A stretch of DNA of 64,000 nucleotides from the human T2T-CHM13v2.0 reference genome, Homo sapiens. The position numbers and the translations under genes are program-made. The stretch lies in NCBI RefSeq assembly GCF_009914755.1, contig NC_060929.1. One strand, 5' to 3'. A model generated the notes under the pieces. That model had not been told where the DNA came from and did no database searches. It worked only from the letters and a program-made list of their open reading frames with translations. Positions 1-18,158 of the stretch are shown here, one piece after another (within the stretch, counting starts at the first letter, position 1; each line of letters opens with the position of its first letter).

Positions 1-39
1 AGAGAGGGAATAAGGGAATATGGGGACAAGGAAAAGGTG

Positions 40-1217
<1,178 letters not shown>

Positions 1218-2009
1218 TGGGTTGCTGACTTTGGCACTTGGATGGGTGGAAGTGCTAGTGATGGTAATGGGAGCACTGGAAGTCTTGCTTCCGTTCTCCT
1301 TCACTAAATAAAAATCTACTCATCTCTGTAGGAAGGGTGATTATATTTCACATATTTCTTCCTCAGAGTTGCTTTCACTGACCCCTCAGACTGGTTTAAA
1401 TCCCTTTGTTATACAGTCTGTGGTCACCTTGGTCTCCCTTTAGCTATTCATTGCACTGGGGAGTGCTGTGGAAAGCCTGGCCTCCCCATTAGATGTGAGC
1501 TCCAGGAGTCTTGGTGCTGGGCCTCACCTGTTCCCTGACCCCCATTCCAAAAACCCAGCCCACCTGGCTCAGAGTAAGTTCTCAATCATTGCTGAATTGA
1601 ATCTCATCTCACTTTCTTTTTCAAATGAAAGCTATCATGACCAGTTAGGATCATGTAAATATCATTTACTATATTTTTAAACCAAAACTTTCCTAAATAT
1701 GGGCCACTAGGACCAAAGCCAGCAAGGAACTGGGATAACACCTGAATTTCTGATGCTAAGTGTAGTTTTGATCTGTATATTGGCTGTGAGGTACTGCAAC
1801 TGCTGTTATCTGATAGAAAATGTGGAACTGATGCCAACAATGCTATCTACTATTCTAAATGCAAATAATCCCACTGACGGGTGAGGGAAGACTGGAGCAG
1901 GCGTCAAAAGCTTCTTTAGTCGGAAGTGGCTCCAAGGGAGTCAGGCGATGTGCAGTGGCCAAGGATGCCATGGGCAAAGGTAAAAGAACCAAGGAAAAGT
2001 AGCCATTCT

Positions 2010-2030
2010 TTTAATATAAAATTGTTTAAT
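2010..2030 (-). terminator. Candidate DNAJC18 polyadenylation signals (2x ATTAAA)
   Basis: tttaat on plus at 2010-2015 and 2025-2030, with T-rich sequence downstream on the minus strand. Confidence 0.5.
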
Positions 2031-2488
2031 GTTTTTCTTTGTTGCAGTACACTCAATCCAGATGTAGTGGATGAGGTGGCCAGATTTTTTCAAGATTCTT
2101 AGTCCACCAGGAGCTGATTCCATTTGTGTCATCCCTACTCTGGTCACAGAACATTCACATCTTTAATTCCAAATACTGAGCGTGATGTAAATGATGTAAT
2201 CAGTATCTAACACGAGTATATACTTTCTTGGTGGCCACTGCATGACATATCAACAGTGCAGCCTCAAAAAAAAGATGTTTTGTAACTTGGCCCTTTCCAA
2301 AAATAAATATATTAGGACACTAAGCTTATACCTTAAATGAGGGCAGAATAAATATGAATGAAGTGCAAGCTCCTGTGAGGAGCAGTGCATGCAGATGATG
2401 TACTTGCTTGTATGGTGTGGCCAGCTGTAACAGAAAGCCACTGGAACCGCACAGTGCCTCCTCACAAAGCCCATCCTGGGTATCATGA

Positions 2489-2871
<383 letters not shown>

Positions 2872-4090
2872 AGTTCACTGTATTTTCGAACAATTTCCAA
2901 CAGAAAGCACAGCAGTGACGTTTCCTTACTGGTCACTGCTCCCGTGCTGTGAGGCCTGGAGCTGATCAAGGAAGCTTACACATTTCCCGGCCTGAGCAGA
3001 TGAACTCTAGGGTTGCTAATCTGGGGACGTGGGTTCCTTCAAGCTCTTTGTGATGAGAAGGATTTTCATCCTCCTTTTCTCACTGCCGATCGTGCGGTAG
3101 AGAGAGCATCTTCATTTGAATGAGAGCTTCAGTTTCTGCTTGAGCCTCAAGCCCTATTTCTGAGCGCTGCTCCTCTCACACACGTCTCCAATCTGCAGTA
3201 ATGCTCAAAGAAACAGTCTAGAGCTGGGTGCCAAGCTCCGGCAGCAAGAATAAGCCCTACCTAGTTATGTATGATCAGGAGATCTTCCAAAGGACGTAGG
3301 CGAGAGGAAAAAGCTTATTTTACCACCATGCAGACAACCCATCTAAAATATAACCCAGGAAATTATAGCTTCACAATATTCTGGATAGTATCAAATAGAT
3401 AAATCCTTCAACCAAAAGCAAATACGGTTCCCTTGAGGAAAAACAGATGTGAATGTTGTGGTCTATTGGCAATAAATAAAACAGTACCATCGGTGCTATA
3501 AAAACAGACAATCAGCGTGACATTTAATGGAGTTAGTTATTATTGCTTCTATTTAGTATCATCACAGATTACTCATCGCTGCCATGAAGTCCATAAAATG
3601 TGTGACTACCTGATTCCTGGGCATCTAGGACAGGGTCTTTTAACCTGTCAAGTCAGTTTCATTATGGCCAATTTTCTAGCAGTGGTTGGGGATGGGGAGA
3701 GGAGAGCTTTGATTTTTTTGTGTGTAGAAGAACTTTCCATAAGCCTGTTTGGCTCATGGACATATTTTACAATGTAACCTCCCTCAGTCACTCAGAGGGG
3801 ATCAAGAAGGGCCCCCTAAAACCAGGAGGACAGATCTAGTTGGGCAGCAAAATCTGGCTATTTCTAGAAATGCTCCCTCTCCCTGCAACTGAGCAGTTGT
3901 CCCCTACAAGCCACTAAAGCCCCCAATCTTTACCTGTGAACCCATCTCCTGACTCTGTGGAATGCCTGCAGAGGCATGGTAGGGAACAACCGTTCAGATG
4001 TTGATGAGCCATGCTAGGCACGTCTGTGTAAATCATGGCCATGCATTGGGATGAAGAAACTTTACTTTGGAATCTGTTTAATGTAGACTC

Positions 4091-4364
4091 TTTTTTTTTT
4101 TGAGATGGAGTGGAGTGCAGTGGCGTGATTTCAGCTCACTGTAACCTCCACCTTGCAAGTTGCAGCGATTCTCATGCCTCAGCCTCCCGAGTAGCTGGGA
4201 CTACAGGCATGTGCCACCACACCTGGCTAATTTTTGTATTATTAGTAGAGATGGGGTTTCACTGTGTTGGCCAGGCTGGTCTTGAACTCCTGACCTCAGG
4301 TGATCCACCTGCCACAGCCTCCCAAAGTGCTGGGATTACAGGCTTGAGCCAGTGCACCCGGCCG
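4091..4364 (-). mobile_element. Alu (AluS-like) in DNAJC18 3' UTR
   Basis: Alu consensus. Confidence 0.9.
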
Positions 4365-5950
4365 ACTCTCTACCAGAAACTTTTCTTCCAATATGAAGGA
4401 AGCATGGAGTGTAGGCTACAGTCACTTAATGATCCTTCCAAGTTCAGAGTCATGATAATTCAGGCAGCTCAGCTCCACAGGAAGGCCCAGAACCACACAG
4501 CCCAGGCAGTGACTGAATTCTTCCTAGTCACCAGTGGAGGGCTGCCTGCCTGTGAGGGACCTCTTATTTTGTGTACAGAATTTATGTTAGACAGGGTCCT
4601 GCTTCCTAAAGAGCAGCAGGGATGTTGTCCTGAACAGATGCAAGATTGCCACAGAAAAGATGAGGGGTCATGGGGTTGGGGAGGACGGAGGCATCCTCGG
4701 GAAAGGTTCTGCTTTGCCAGTCTGGCTAGAATCACCTGAGACATGAGGATGCTCTCCCACTTTCTACTTGACACTCAGCCTACCGTCTTGCTCTGCCACT
4801 ACAAGACCTGGGTCATCCTCTCTGGGCCAATGTTCTCATTCATAGAACCAGGGATAATACATCTACTTCAGAGTTGTGAGGAGGTTTAAGTAAGAAAATA
4901 TGTGTGAGAGCCCCTGCTTTTATAGTAGGCACTCAATAAATGTTGAATGAATGAAAAATCATCTCAAATCACAAACTATAGGATACTGGGTTAAACAAAG
5001 TGGCTGCTGGGGCCAAAGCTAGACCCCCATATCCAAGGAGAGAGGATCTGTCTCCTCTATCTCTAGGCTTGAGCAAACAGCCTGGAGAGCTGGCAATGCC
5101 TCCTCCTGGGTCTGACCATCTGCCTCTGTGGGATGTAGGAACTCAGCCTAAGTGCGATGACACCAATGATGATACTGAGGGGAAATGACCGAAGGGACAT
5201 TCTCTGGGTTCTATGATGGAGTAGGGAGGCTTCGTGGAGGAGATGAGGCTCGGTCTTGCATTATACCTTCGCCCTGGCCCCCGCCTCCAGATGCTGCTCA
5301 GTAGTTTTAATTTCTGGACTCTCTAAAGGAGAGAGGGTTAAGGAAATAAAGGAATCTCAAATTAGGCAGTTTGCTAATGCTACTAACTGAGCAGAGATTG
5401 GAATAATAGAAAACTATTGACTACAATAGTTTAAATTTCTCCATATTCCCCTAGAAAATGGAAAGCTGGGCAGGAACATGTTCCAAAGGCTAAATCTTGG
5501 CGGAGATGATGACTCTAATGAAGGGAGAGGTATAATTCTTGGTAGACAGTGTAAATAACTAATATTAAGCTTTGGCTAAGCCTAGGAATGCCTGGTTCTT
5601 AAGACTTCACTGAAGAAGGGAAGAAGGAAGAAAGCATGGATCTGCTCTGGGATGCCCTGAACTCCATTCACATAGGCAGGGTAGGCATGGAGCAGGGAGA
5701 CGGAATCCAATGCCTTGCCATTAATTTAACTTAGATGAACTACTCCTGGTCCCTGGAGCCACTCCCCAGGAAGGATCCTGTGAAGACACATCTGGCTCTC
5801 GTGCCCATGCTCCTGCCACTCTGCCCAACCAACGAAGTTAGCAAATAGTAAAGTGTTCATCATTACCTAGTTTTGTATTATAAAATGGAATCAGGAACAT
5901 AAATAGGAACAAGTAGCAAAACCCCAGCCCTGCGTAGGACCATTATCCTC

Positions 5951-6075
5951 TCAGCCACCTCTGCGTAGGCCAATGAGTTTGGAAAGTTTCTCACAGTTTT
6001 CAAGTTTCAGCGACTCTGCTTTCTGTTTCAATCGTTCATCTCTGTATAATCCTGCCAAATTTGTCAGCTCTGACT
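5951..6075 (-). CDS. DNAJC18: DNAJC18 last coding exon ([41 protein letters not shown])
   Basis: tctttcag acceptor; TGA at 5953-5951; the eight exons sum to 1077 nt = 358 aa plus stop. Confidence 0.95.
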
Positions 6076-8709
6076 CTGAAAGATAAAAGAGGTAACCAAT
6101 TCATCAAGAGCTGAACTCCTTTGTTTCATTTCAATGTTTCTGGAGTCAAAGCTCCTTTTACTTCATTTCAAGCTTTTTCTTACAATTAAATATAAGAAAC
6201 ATTTAGTCATTTATTCACAAAACACGTCTTAGGTACTAGACCAGGTGTGGAGGATTAAAGGGCACCTGTGACCCTGCAGTCCAACAGTATCTGTGCTCTC
6301 TTATAAAAGCACTGGACTTAGTTCTTACCAAGAAAACATTTGGCACCAGACTTAGGAAACCTGCGCATGTGCAGTGAGACCACCCTATAGCCTCCTACAA
6401 ACGGGATTCCAACAGCAGCTGGGAGAGAATGGAGTCCAGTGGCCTATTCCTGTCATCTGAAACAGACAGCTGCTTTATTCTTCTCCTGCATTGCTGCATC
6501 ATAACTCACATGTGCGAAGGCACACAGAGCCTACTGCTGCCGGGTGTGCGTCCACAGAAGGCCAGGGCACTACTGGCGCTGTTCATTCCCTCACCACACG
6601 TAGGGTCCCCAACTCAAAGGCCAAAGGCAGCTGGGCCTTTCTAAAAGTTGAATCATCTGGATCCGGTGACCTTTGTCTCCTTGACTAAATTAATTTCATT
6701 TTCTCTTTATGGTGGAGAAGGTCATTCTATTTTTAACCAGAATATAATCTCTGCTGTGTTTCCTGACTCAACAGTGGTTTGGTTGCCTCTATTTTTTATT
6801 CTTTTGTGAGGTTTCAGACATATTCAGGGAGGAATGCCTGAAGAGCACCTTTAGAGACGTATTGCGTATTAACAGGATGGCATGCTTGGATGTGGTGTGT
6901 GTTTCCTGAAAGCCTCCAACAGCAGGCAGCTACTCAATGTTTAAAGGACCAGACTTGTAAAAATGCTATTTTAATTGTTTTGAAATATGCCTATCTATTC
7001 TTAATCATCTTGCTGACAGATTTTGTTTTTCTTGGTGGAACGAAAGACACCTGTCTGATTAATCAGCAAACTGCCTGGAAACGGAATTATTATTTAGCCA
7101 GGGGGAACAATGGGCATTGCTTTCTGAATACGTTTCTATCAACACAAAACACTGTCTGGCATTTCTGTGCACAATGATGCTATTTACCCCCAAGTAAGGC
7201 CCAAAGTGCAGATTAAGTGCAGGACTCCAGAGTGAGGGATGGATATGCATAAAAACCCTCCCTCTACAATGGAGGCCGCACAGCCTGGGCTCTAGCCCAG
7301 CAGTTGCTTGGCAAGCAGTGGGTCTCCCAGGCTCCAGAACAATGCGCTCTCCCTGCTTGGTGAGGGTGCCTGCAGCGCCTGCTAGCCAGGGCTTGCCTTG
7401 GCACAGTCACCCTTGCAGGTGATGGGGCGTCATGGAGGATCATGGGCCATATCCAAATGAAAGCTCTCTGCTCCTGCATCCTGCCCAGGGCTCGGCACTA
7501 ACTCCAATCTCAGGCTACTTTGGCATGTGGGTAACCTTGCCCAGGAGGCCTCTGTGAAGTCAGTCTATGCCTTTAGTCCTCTGGAGTCACAGTTACACCA
7601 GTATTGAAACAGATTCTGTGGTTTTGCTTTTCTTTGAAATGATTTCCTCAGGTTTTCCATTTGCTCAGCTTTTCTAAATGCTTCATTCCCTGAAATCTTG
7701 TTCCAGGAAACATTAAGGGCTAGTGACTCTTTATATTTTCTACATTGAAGGCCACTTCAACAAGCTGATGAAAGATAACTGCTTTTCTCAAAATATCACA
7801 TTGCTTTTCATAAAGTTCACTGAAACCAGCTCAGAGACCCCTGCTCCAGAGCAATGACCTTGTACAAGGTCAGTGTTTCAAGGAATCATGTCCCACATCC
7901 CCACTACCAAGCTTAAAGCAACTTCTCTCCAAACTGCCAGTGAATCCTTTCATCCTTCAATGAACAAAGGGTCAACTTGAAGAATATGCTACTTTTGACA
8001 AATTCTGTTAATATTCAATAAATTCTAAGTAATTAAAAAAAATTTTGGGGAGTGGCAGGTTCCAGAGAATACCTTTTCTTCTTAGCAGAAAGTTCCCCTT
8101 CCTCTGAATGCCACTGTAACAGATGGACAGAGCATTGAGCCTTAAAGATAAACTGACTCAGGCAAATTGCCAAGAGAAGCAAGACCCAGAACCTCTCCTA
8201 AGGTTCTCTGCAAAAGAGCCCAGATTGGTCTCAACAGCTGAAAGACCGCAACAGATCCCAACTGCCCTCATGATCCAGCCCCATGAGATGGTGCTACATC
8301 CAGTCTACAGTGCAAAGCCAGGTAAAGCCAGGACTCCACCAGAAATTAGGCACTTTCTATGTGCCAGACACTGTGCTAAGAGTTACACCCATACCATCTT
8401 CCATAACCCACACAACCTCTCTAGGAGGAAGTGGATTCTATCCCCATTTCAAAGCCTAAGCTTCTACCCACTAGGTTATCCTGCTCAAGGGTGTGGAAAG
8501 AAGTGCTCCTCTACCAGTCTGGGCCAGGAGCTCAGCTCAGCTCAGCTAGGCCAAGAGGCAGTTCCTGCCTGCTACCTTCGTCCAGCCCAGCCTAGTGGTG
8601 TGGCCACTTGCCCTGGCATCAGGCTTACTATCTAGATGCAGCTGCGAAGAAGTAAACAGGACAATTAGTGTTTATAGTAAGGGATTACTCATAAAGGTTT
8701 GCCCAGATT

Positions 8710-10243
<1,534 letters not shown>

Positions 10244-11854
10244 TATATACTGCCTTTTAATATGAGGCCTTTATCCTGCTCTAAAATTCTTTCCTGATTT
10301 TTGATTCTTGTAAAATCTAGTTTAGCAATGGGGTAGAGTATTTCCTGAATCCTCAGTGTTTTTCAATAAATTGGAATTTCCTCTTCCTGTTTAATTTCCT
10401 CTTATATCCCAGAGTCATTGCTCACCAACTTCCTAATGCACCTTGAGAGAACATTAGGACTTTGCCGTACAGAAATAGGGGGCAGAGACCAGGTCCCTAA
10501 GGGTGAGCTAGGACACTAACCCTGCTGTTGTTATTCACAATCCTCAGCATTTTCATTGTTTTCTACTCCTGAGAATCCTCTCTTCAAAAGACATTTGTTG
10601 AGCACTTGTTCTGAAGCAAGGACTGTGCCAGAACCCTGGGACACAAAATTAGTAAGACCAAGTTCTTATTCCCAGACAGTCCATAGTCTTGCAGGGGAGA
10701 CTGACATATATCCCTGGAACTCTAACACTGTGTGATTGGTACTATGTTAGCAGGCTGAACAAAGTGCTTTAAGAACACAGAGGAAGGAGAGCTTAACTTG
10801 AGGGCGGGGTTGGGAGTGTGTGATGGTCAATGAGGGCTTAGCAGCACTGTGACCGAAGAGCTAATTTTATCAGACTCCATTAGGTATTTAATGATACTCA
10901 GTAATAAGGCTTTAGAAATGAGTCAGAATTTGCTTTTTAAACATGAGCCAAAACTTCAGTTAAAAGGGTACCTCCTGAAAAATAAAAAAGAAAATAAAAA
11001 TAATCAAAACCAAGTTTTAGAAGACACAGTCACTAACGCGGTATGTGTGTGTAGAATTCAAGTGGGACCAAAGGTGAAGCTGTTGGCTGAGACGGGGCTA
11101 CCCCTGCTGCAGACACTCCTAGTAACACTTGCTGGAGCTGTAAGCCAGTGGCAGATGCTATCATCCCCACTGTCTCCAGAGAGGGAAATAGGGGGGAAGG
11201 CCTGCCACACCCAAAGGGGCAGACCCAAGGGGTCGCTTTTGTTCTGTGTGGCCACAACCAGCTGGAGGTGAGGGTAGGGGACACCTCATTCCATACCAGA
11301 AACCTCTAAACCTTTGTTCTGTTTCAAAAAGTTAGGCTGGCTCGATCAGATTTCCCTCTAGGGAGTGTGGAATTGGGAAACTGTGGACCAAATCAGCGAG
11401 CACCAAGAACTTACAGACGTGTGTGCTGCAGAAAGGGGCACTGACTGGTGAGACTGGGGAATTTGAGAGAGTGATAAGCAGGGTGGCAACCACTGTAAAC
11501 CATGGCAAACAAGGTTATGCAAAAGGGAAGCTGGAAGAAAGAAAGGAAGGCAGCTGGTGGGGAGAGGAGAGGGGGCAGATTGGCAGAGAGAGGTAGAGAC
11601 TCAAAGAGAGACAGACATACAGACAGGTGACTAGTGCCGCCTAAATTCCTAAGATTTCCAAGTCCTGGCCACATGTATCCTGTCAATAAATTTCCCCTAC
11701 TTTTTTATAGTATCCTGAATGGCCTTTGTCCTCTGACTCTGTTCACATAAACATGCGTAGCCTCAAACAAGAAGAGAGGAGGGATCAGGAGGCTGGGGGT
11801 GCCTCCTGCTGGGAACCACAGCCACCAGCTAATGCCCCTTTTACAGTATCTTAC

Positions 11855-12027
11855 TTTGTTGTTTCTCCTTCCAACAACTAGTCTGGATATAATCAATGTA
11901 ATCCTTCTCTATTGTTTTCTCCAAGTCATGCAGAGAAGCTCCTCTGTAGGCCTTGTCAAAGTTTTTATCCACAAAGTAAGGCACCTGCAGGTTCTGAGTT
12001 TCTCTAGAAATGGTGTAGCCCAAGGTC
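11855..12027 (-). CDS. DNAJC18: DNAJC18 coding exon 7, luminal DUF1977-type domain ([19 protein letters not shown]...CWKEKQQ)
   Basis: tttcag acceptor, A|GTAAGA donor; 173 nt; matches ORF 11841..12116. Confidence 0.95.
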
Positions 12028-12975
12028 CTGAAACAAGGAGAGAGAGGCTCATGTGAGCTCATAATATTTGGCAATATTACTCTTAGCACTGCCCTCACAG
12101 ATATCATCATCATCATCTGCTCATAGAGCAGAGGCAGATATCATTTTCTAATATACCCAACACTTCTTATTTCCCTAGCAAAGTTGTAAGTATAACATCA
12201 TCATAATTGTATTATGTAAGCAAGTTCATACTATGAATTCAGCTTCAGCATAGTTTATTCTCTTAAAGGACTCACCTCTCTTATACTGCTCTCTGTGCTA
12301 AAAGTAGAATGCTGAATGCTTAAAACAAACAATTTTTACGTTGTGTAGGATCTAGTATGGTACCTGACAGAGTAGGCTATTATAAATGCTGGTTGAATGA
12401 ACTGATTATGTTATATAGCAAATTATTTACAAAAAAAACAGATAGCTCACACCAACCTAGAAGCAATATTTTGGACATGATAAAAAGTACTTCGCACATA
12501 GCTGCTAACTGAGAACTGCAAGAAACTCAGACAAAAGATTTCAATGATGCTTTAGAGCTAACTCTCTGTGGGTCCAAGACATCCAAAGGTATCTGGTGCT
12601 TAGCAACATTAATAAGAGTACTGAGCTGACTAATTCTAACCATAAGGAAACATAGAAGGGACCTCAAACTCAAGTTAAAACAATGTGACAGAAATGGTTT
12701 TCTTCAAACTGGACAAATTCTACATTAAAGGGGCTATATTTTATTTGGCCTTTTTCCGGCCCTCTCCTTTGATCCTCTCTAATTAGAGTAAGAGCTGAAG
12801 CCATGACTGCTCTCCCCTCACTCTAAGGTTTTGGGGGAGCTTACAGAGCAGGTCCGTGCTTACCCCGCTGGCCTCACAAGAAAGAAAGCTAAAGTGCCAT
12901 ATGGAAAAACATGAGAAGCTGGGAAACAGAGGGAATCGGGCCAGTGTGGCCTGATGGCAAAAACCTCTCTATGAA

Positions 12976-13672
<697 letters not shown>

Positions 13673-13806
13673 CTACAGTGATCACTGACAAAGACTCTTC
13701 CTGTTATATATTGTCTAATAAATTCTACTTTTAAAAGGTTTTTTTCCCACTAAATTATAATAATGAATAATAATTTATTATTCATTATTAACAAAAAAGA
13801 TAATCT

Positions 13807-13995
13807 AGTGATTCTCAAACTTCAGTGTGGACCAGAATAATCTAGAGGGTTTTTTAAAACTCAGACTTCTGGTCCTACCCCCAGAGCCTCTAATTCAATG
13901 GATATGGAGGGGCCCTAGAATCTGCCTTTCTAACATGTTGCCTGTTGATGCTGACGATGGCTGGTCTGGGGACCAAACTTTGGGAACTGAATCAA
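13807..13995. mobile_element. MER5A-like hAT-Charlie element
   Basis: agtgattctcaaactt...gggaccaaactttgggaactg, about 190 bp. Confidence 0.7.
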
Positions 13996-14509
13996 CTGAA
14001 AGAATTAATTGAAGAAATTTTTAAAAATCCTATCAGAGTTTATAATCTATACGCAAAAAGCATTACAAGGAATTTCTCTATTTTCAACAAAAACAAAAAA
14101 ATTGAAAATAATCACTTGATCCCCATTATTAATACTATGCTCCGAGACCCACAGGGTCCAGCAATCCTATCAACAGCTTAACAGAGTCTTTCTAACTCTA
14201 CCATGGTGTGATAATGAGTTCATCTAAACCTTAAATTCTACTGATCCTTCAAAAACCAGTTACTGCTGTTCTGCAGCTGACCAGATGATGTCACTATAGA
14301 ACAAGACAATCTATTTCCCGAGGCACACAGGAGACTGCCTCAGTATTTTTGAGTCTCAGCACCATGACTACCCAGCTGTTCCTTTAAACATCAAATCGGT
14401 GTTTTCTACAGCAAAAGGTGAAATGAAATGTTAGTAATGTATCAGCAAAACCTTCAAGTCTTTCACCCCCAGACTGTTACTGAGAAAGATTTAGAAATAC
14501 CAGACTTAC

Positions 14510-14619
14510 GATTTATAGAACAGACTATATGGGGGATTAGTAGCCAGCAGCTGAGTAATGACAGATATAATCACAATCACAAGAACTGGAAGTAGCTGAA
14601 TAAATGCAGAATATGTAGT
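14510..14619 (-). CDS. DNAJC18: DNAJC18 coding exon 6, transmembrane helix ([36 protein letters not shown])
   Basis: Long poly-T tract plus cag acceptor, TC|GTAAGT donor; 110 nt; hydrophobic stretch; not in the ORF track. Confidence 0.93.
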
Positions 14620-14640
14620 CTGAAAAAGAAAAAAAAATAA

Positions 14641-14933
<293 letters not shown>

Positions 14934-15075
14934 TGTAAGTGTTCTTTATCAATATAAAGCTTATTGAAAATAAGATAGTTGCTCCAAAGAAAATAACAAA
15001 TTATCAATGCACTGCATAGGAGGATCCACAAAGCCCCAGGCTTTTCTGGGAAGGCTGTACTTTCAGCTGAGAAGT

Positions 15076-15625
15076 ACAGGTTGGGCAGTCCTAATCAGAA
15101 AATTCAAAATCACAAATGCTCCAAAATCTAGAACTTTTTGAGTACCAGGATGACACTTAAAGGAAATGCTCATTGGAGCATTTTGGATTTCCTTTTTTTT
15201 TTTTTTCTGAGACATGGTCTTGCTCTGTCACCCAGGCTAGAGTACAGTGACACAAACATGGCTCACTGCAGCCTTGACCTCCTGGGTTCTGATGATTCTC
15301 TCGCCTCAGCCTCCTGAGAAGCTGGGACCACAGGTGCACACCACCGTGTCCAGCTAATTTTTAAATTTTTGTAGAGACAAGGTCTTGCCATGTTGCCCAG
15401 GCTAATCTCAAACTCCTAGGCTCAAGCAATTCTCCTGCCTCAGTTCCCCCAAAGTGTTAGGATTACAGGTGTGAGCCATAGCACCCAGCCTCAGATTTTC
15501 AGATTAGGAATTGTCAAATATATAATGGTATAATGCAAATTTCCAAAATCCAAAAAAAAAAAAAAATCTGAAATCTGAAATACTACTGGTCCAATTTACT
15601 TCAGATAAGGGATACTCAATCTATA
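15076..15625. mobile_element. Tigger4a-like (Zombi) element split by an AluJ-like insertion (about 15193-15490)
   Basis: TA-caggttg...cctaatcagaaaattcaaaat start and ataagggatactcaatcta-TA end. Confidence 0.7.
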
Positions 15626-16247
15626 CCAAATAACCTTTACTCTCTCTGCTGAGCAGGCTGAAGGAGGTCCAACAACAACCTGGATTGACACCCAGTAATC
15701 CCCCTGCAGCCCCATTAATAAGACCAATGAAGCAAACATCTCTAGGTAAACCTGCCCAGACTGTGCCTCTTACAGTAGTGGGGCTCTAGGAGCCAGGTTA
15801 GCATCATGCTTGGCCACAGCTGATTGGACTCAGGGGACATCCAACTCTGGCAGAGGTAATCACGTTTTCTCTCCTAGGAATTTGGGGTTGAAACTCATCA
15901 CCCTTCACTTCTGGGTCATCACTTTAAGGAAGAACACACACTCTCAGGCACTGTAGACTGGCTATTTGCAAGGGGAAGTAGAACAAGCAAAGCTGCTTGG
16001 TGAAAACAAAACAGAGGCAAAGAGTGGCAGGAAAACTGGAGACAATCTGGGCCCAAAGAGTCCTGCAGAGCACAGCTGCTTGGGAGCCTGACAGTATCCC
16101 AGTTCCTTGTTCCTGTCTGTCATGAGGCCCAGCTGTGCTTCTTGTCCTTGAGCTTCATGAGACTCTTTTGATCCCTTACCTTAAACCCCCTTTAGTTCTA
16201 AATATTTTGAAGAGGATTCCTATTTTCTGCAGCCAAGAAAATTATGA

Positions 16248-17263
<1,016 letters not shown>

Positions 17264-17972
17264 CCTTCCTTGCCTTTTTCAAGGTCCTTGTTCCCAGCTA
17301 GGTTTGTTAAGGATAGAGTATTGGCCTATTTTACCCAGTAGAAAAATAAGACAATAGGCAAGCCAAGTGAACCAGCTGGAGCTAAAGCGTGCTGAGCTCT
17401 CCTGACTTCATTTAAATAGTCCTTTGCAACTAGTGAGAGAGAACCCCGAAAGGCTAGAAGAGAGAGAGCATTAGGGCCGTGAATCCTATCTGGCATGTTC
17501 ACGTCTGCTTCCGTGCCCAATACCATATTGTGTCACTGGTATCTTTTAATAGCAACTCATAAAATTCAATTTACTTCCTGGGCATTGAATTATACCAACT
17601 TCCAACTTGCTGGGGGGTACTTTCCTATCTTCTATCTTTGTAAGTGCTATTTTACACAACAATAATAGGCATTTTGTTACTTATTTATAAGGCACTTAAA
17701 AATATCTAATCCTCACAGTGACCCTGTGAAGTAGGTATTATTAACAGCCCCATTTTTCAGGAGAGGAAACAGGGTCAGAGAGACTAAATGATTTGGTCAA
17801 AATTATGCACAGCTGGGGGCTGGAGACTTGCCTCAAACTCCTGCTCAACTGATTCTAGATCCTTGCTGTTTCCATCATACCATTGTACCTCTATTCAGAT
17901 TTTCAAACAGGAGCTTGCTGAGAGCCATAAATAAAGAAATATGTTTAAGAATGATAATTTGGGGAGACTAAC

Positions 17973-18158
17973 CTGTAGGAAAATGTCCTCCAAAGAAGAC
18001 GTTGAACAGCTCTTCTGGAGTGATGTCAGCTTCAAAATCCCTGTAATAATTATAAGGTCTGGCTCGAGGGGCAGTGAAAGTCACCTGTTCATCTCCGTAT
18101 TCATCATAGCGAAGTCTCTTATCAGGATTGCTCAGGACTGCAAATGCATTTCCTATTG
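17973..18158 (-). CDS. DNAJC18: DNAJC18 coding exon 4 ([22 protein letters not shown]...[15 protein letters not shown])
   Basis: End of J-domain plus G/F-like segment typical of the DNAJB12/B14/C18 family; 186 nt, AG/GT bounded. Confidence 0.96.

Noticed and set aside
4110-4739. 209-aa ORF and the many ORFs with [16 protein letters not shown] peptides across the window
   Set aside because: Alu-derived reading frames
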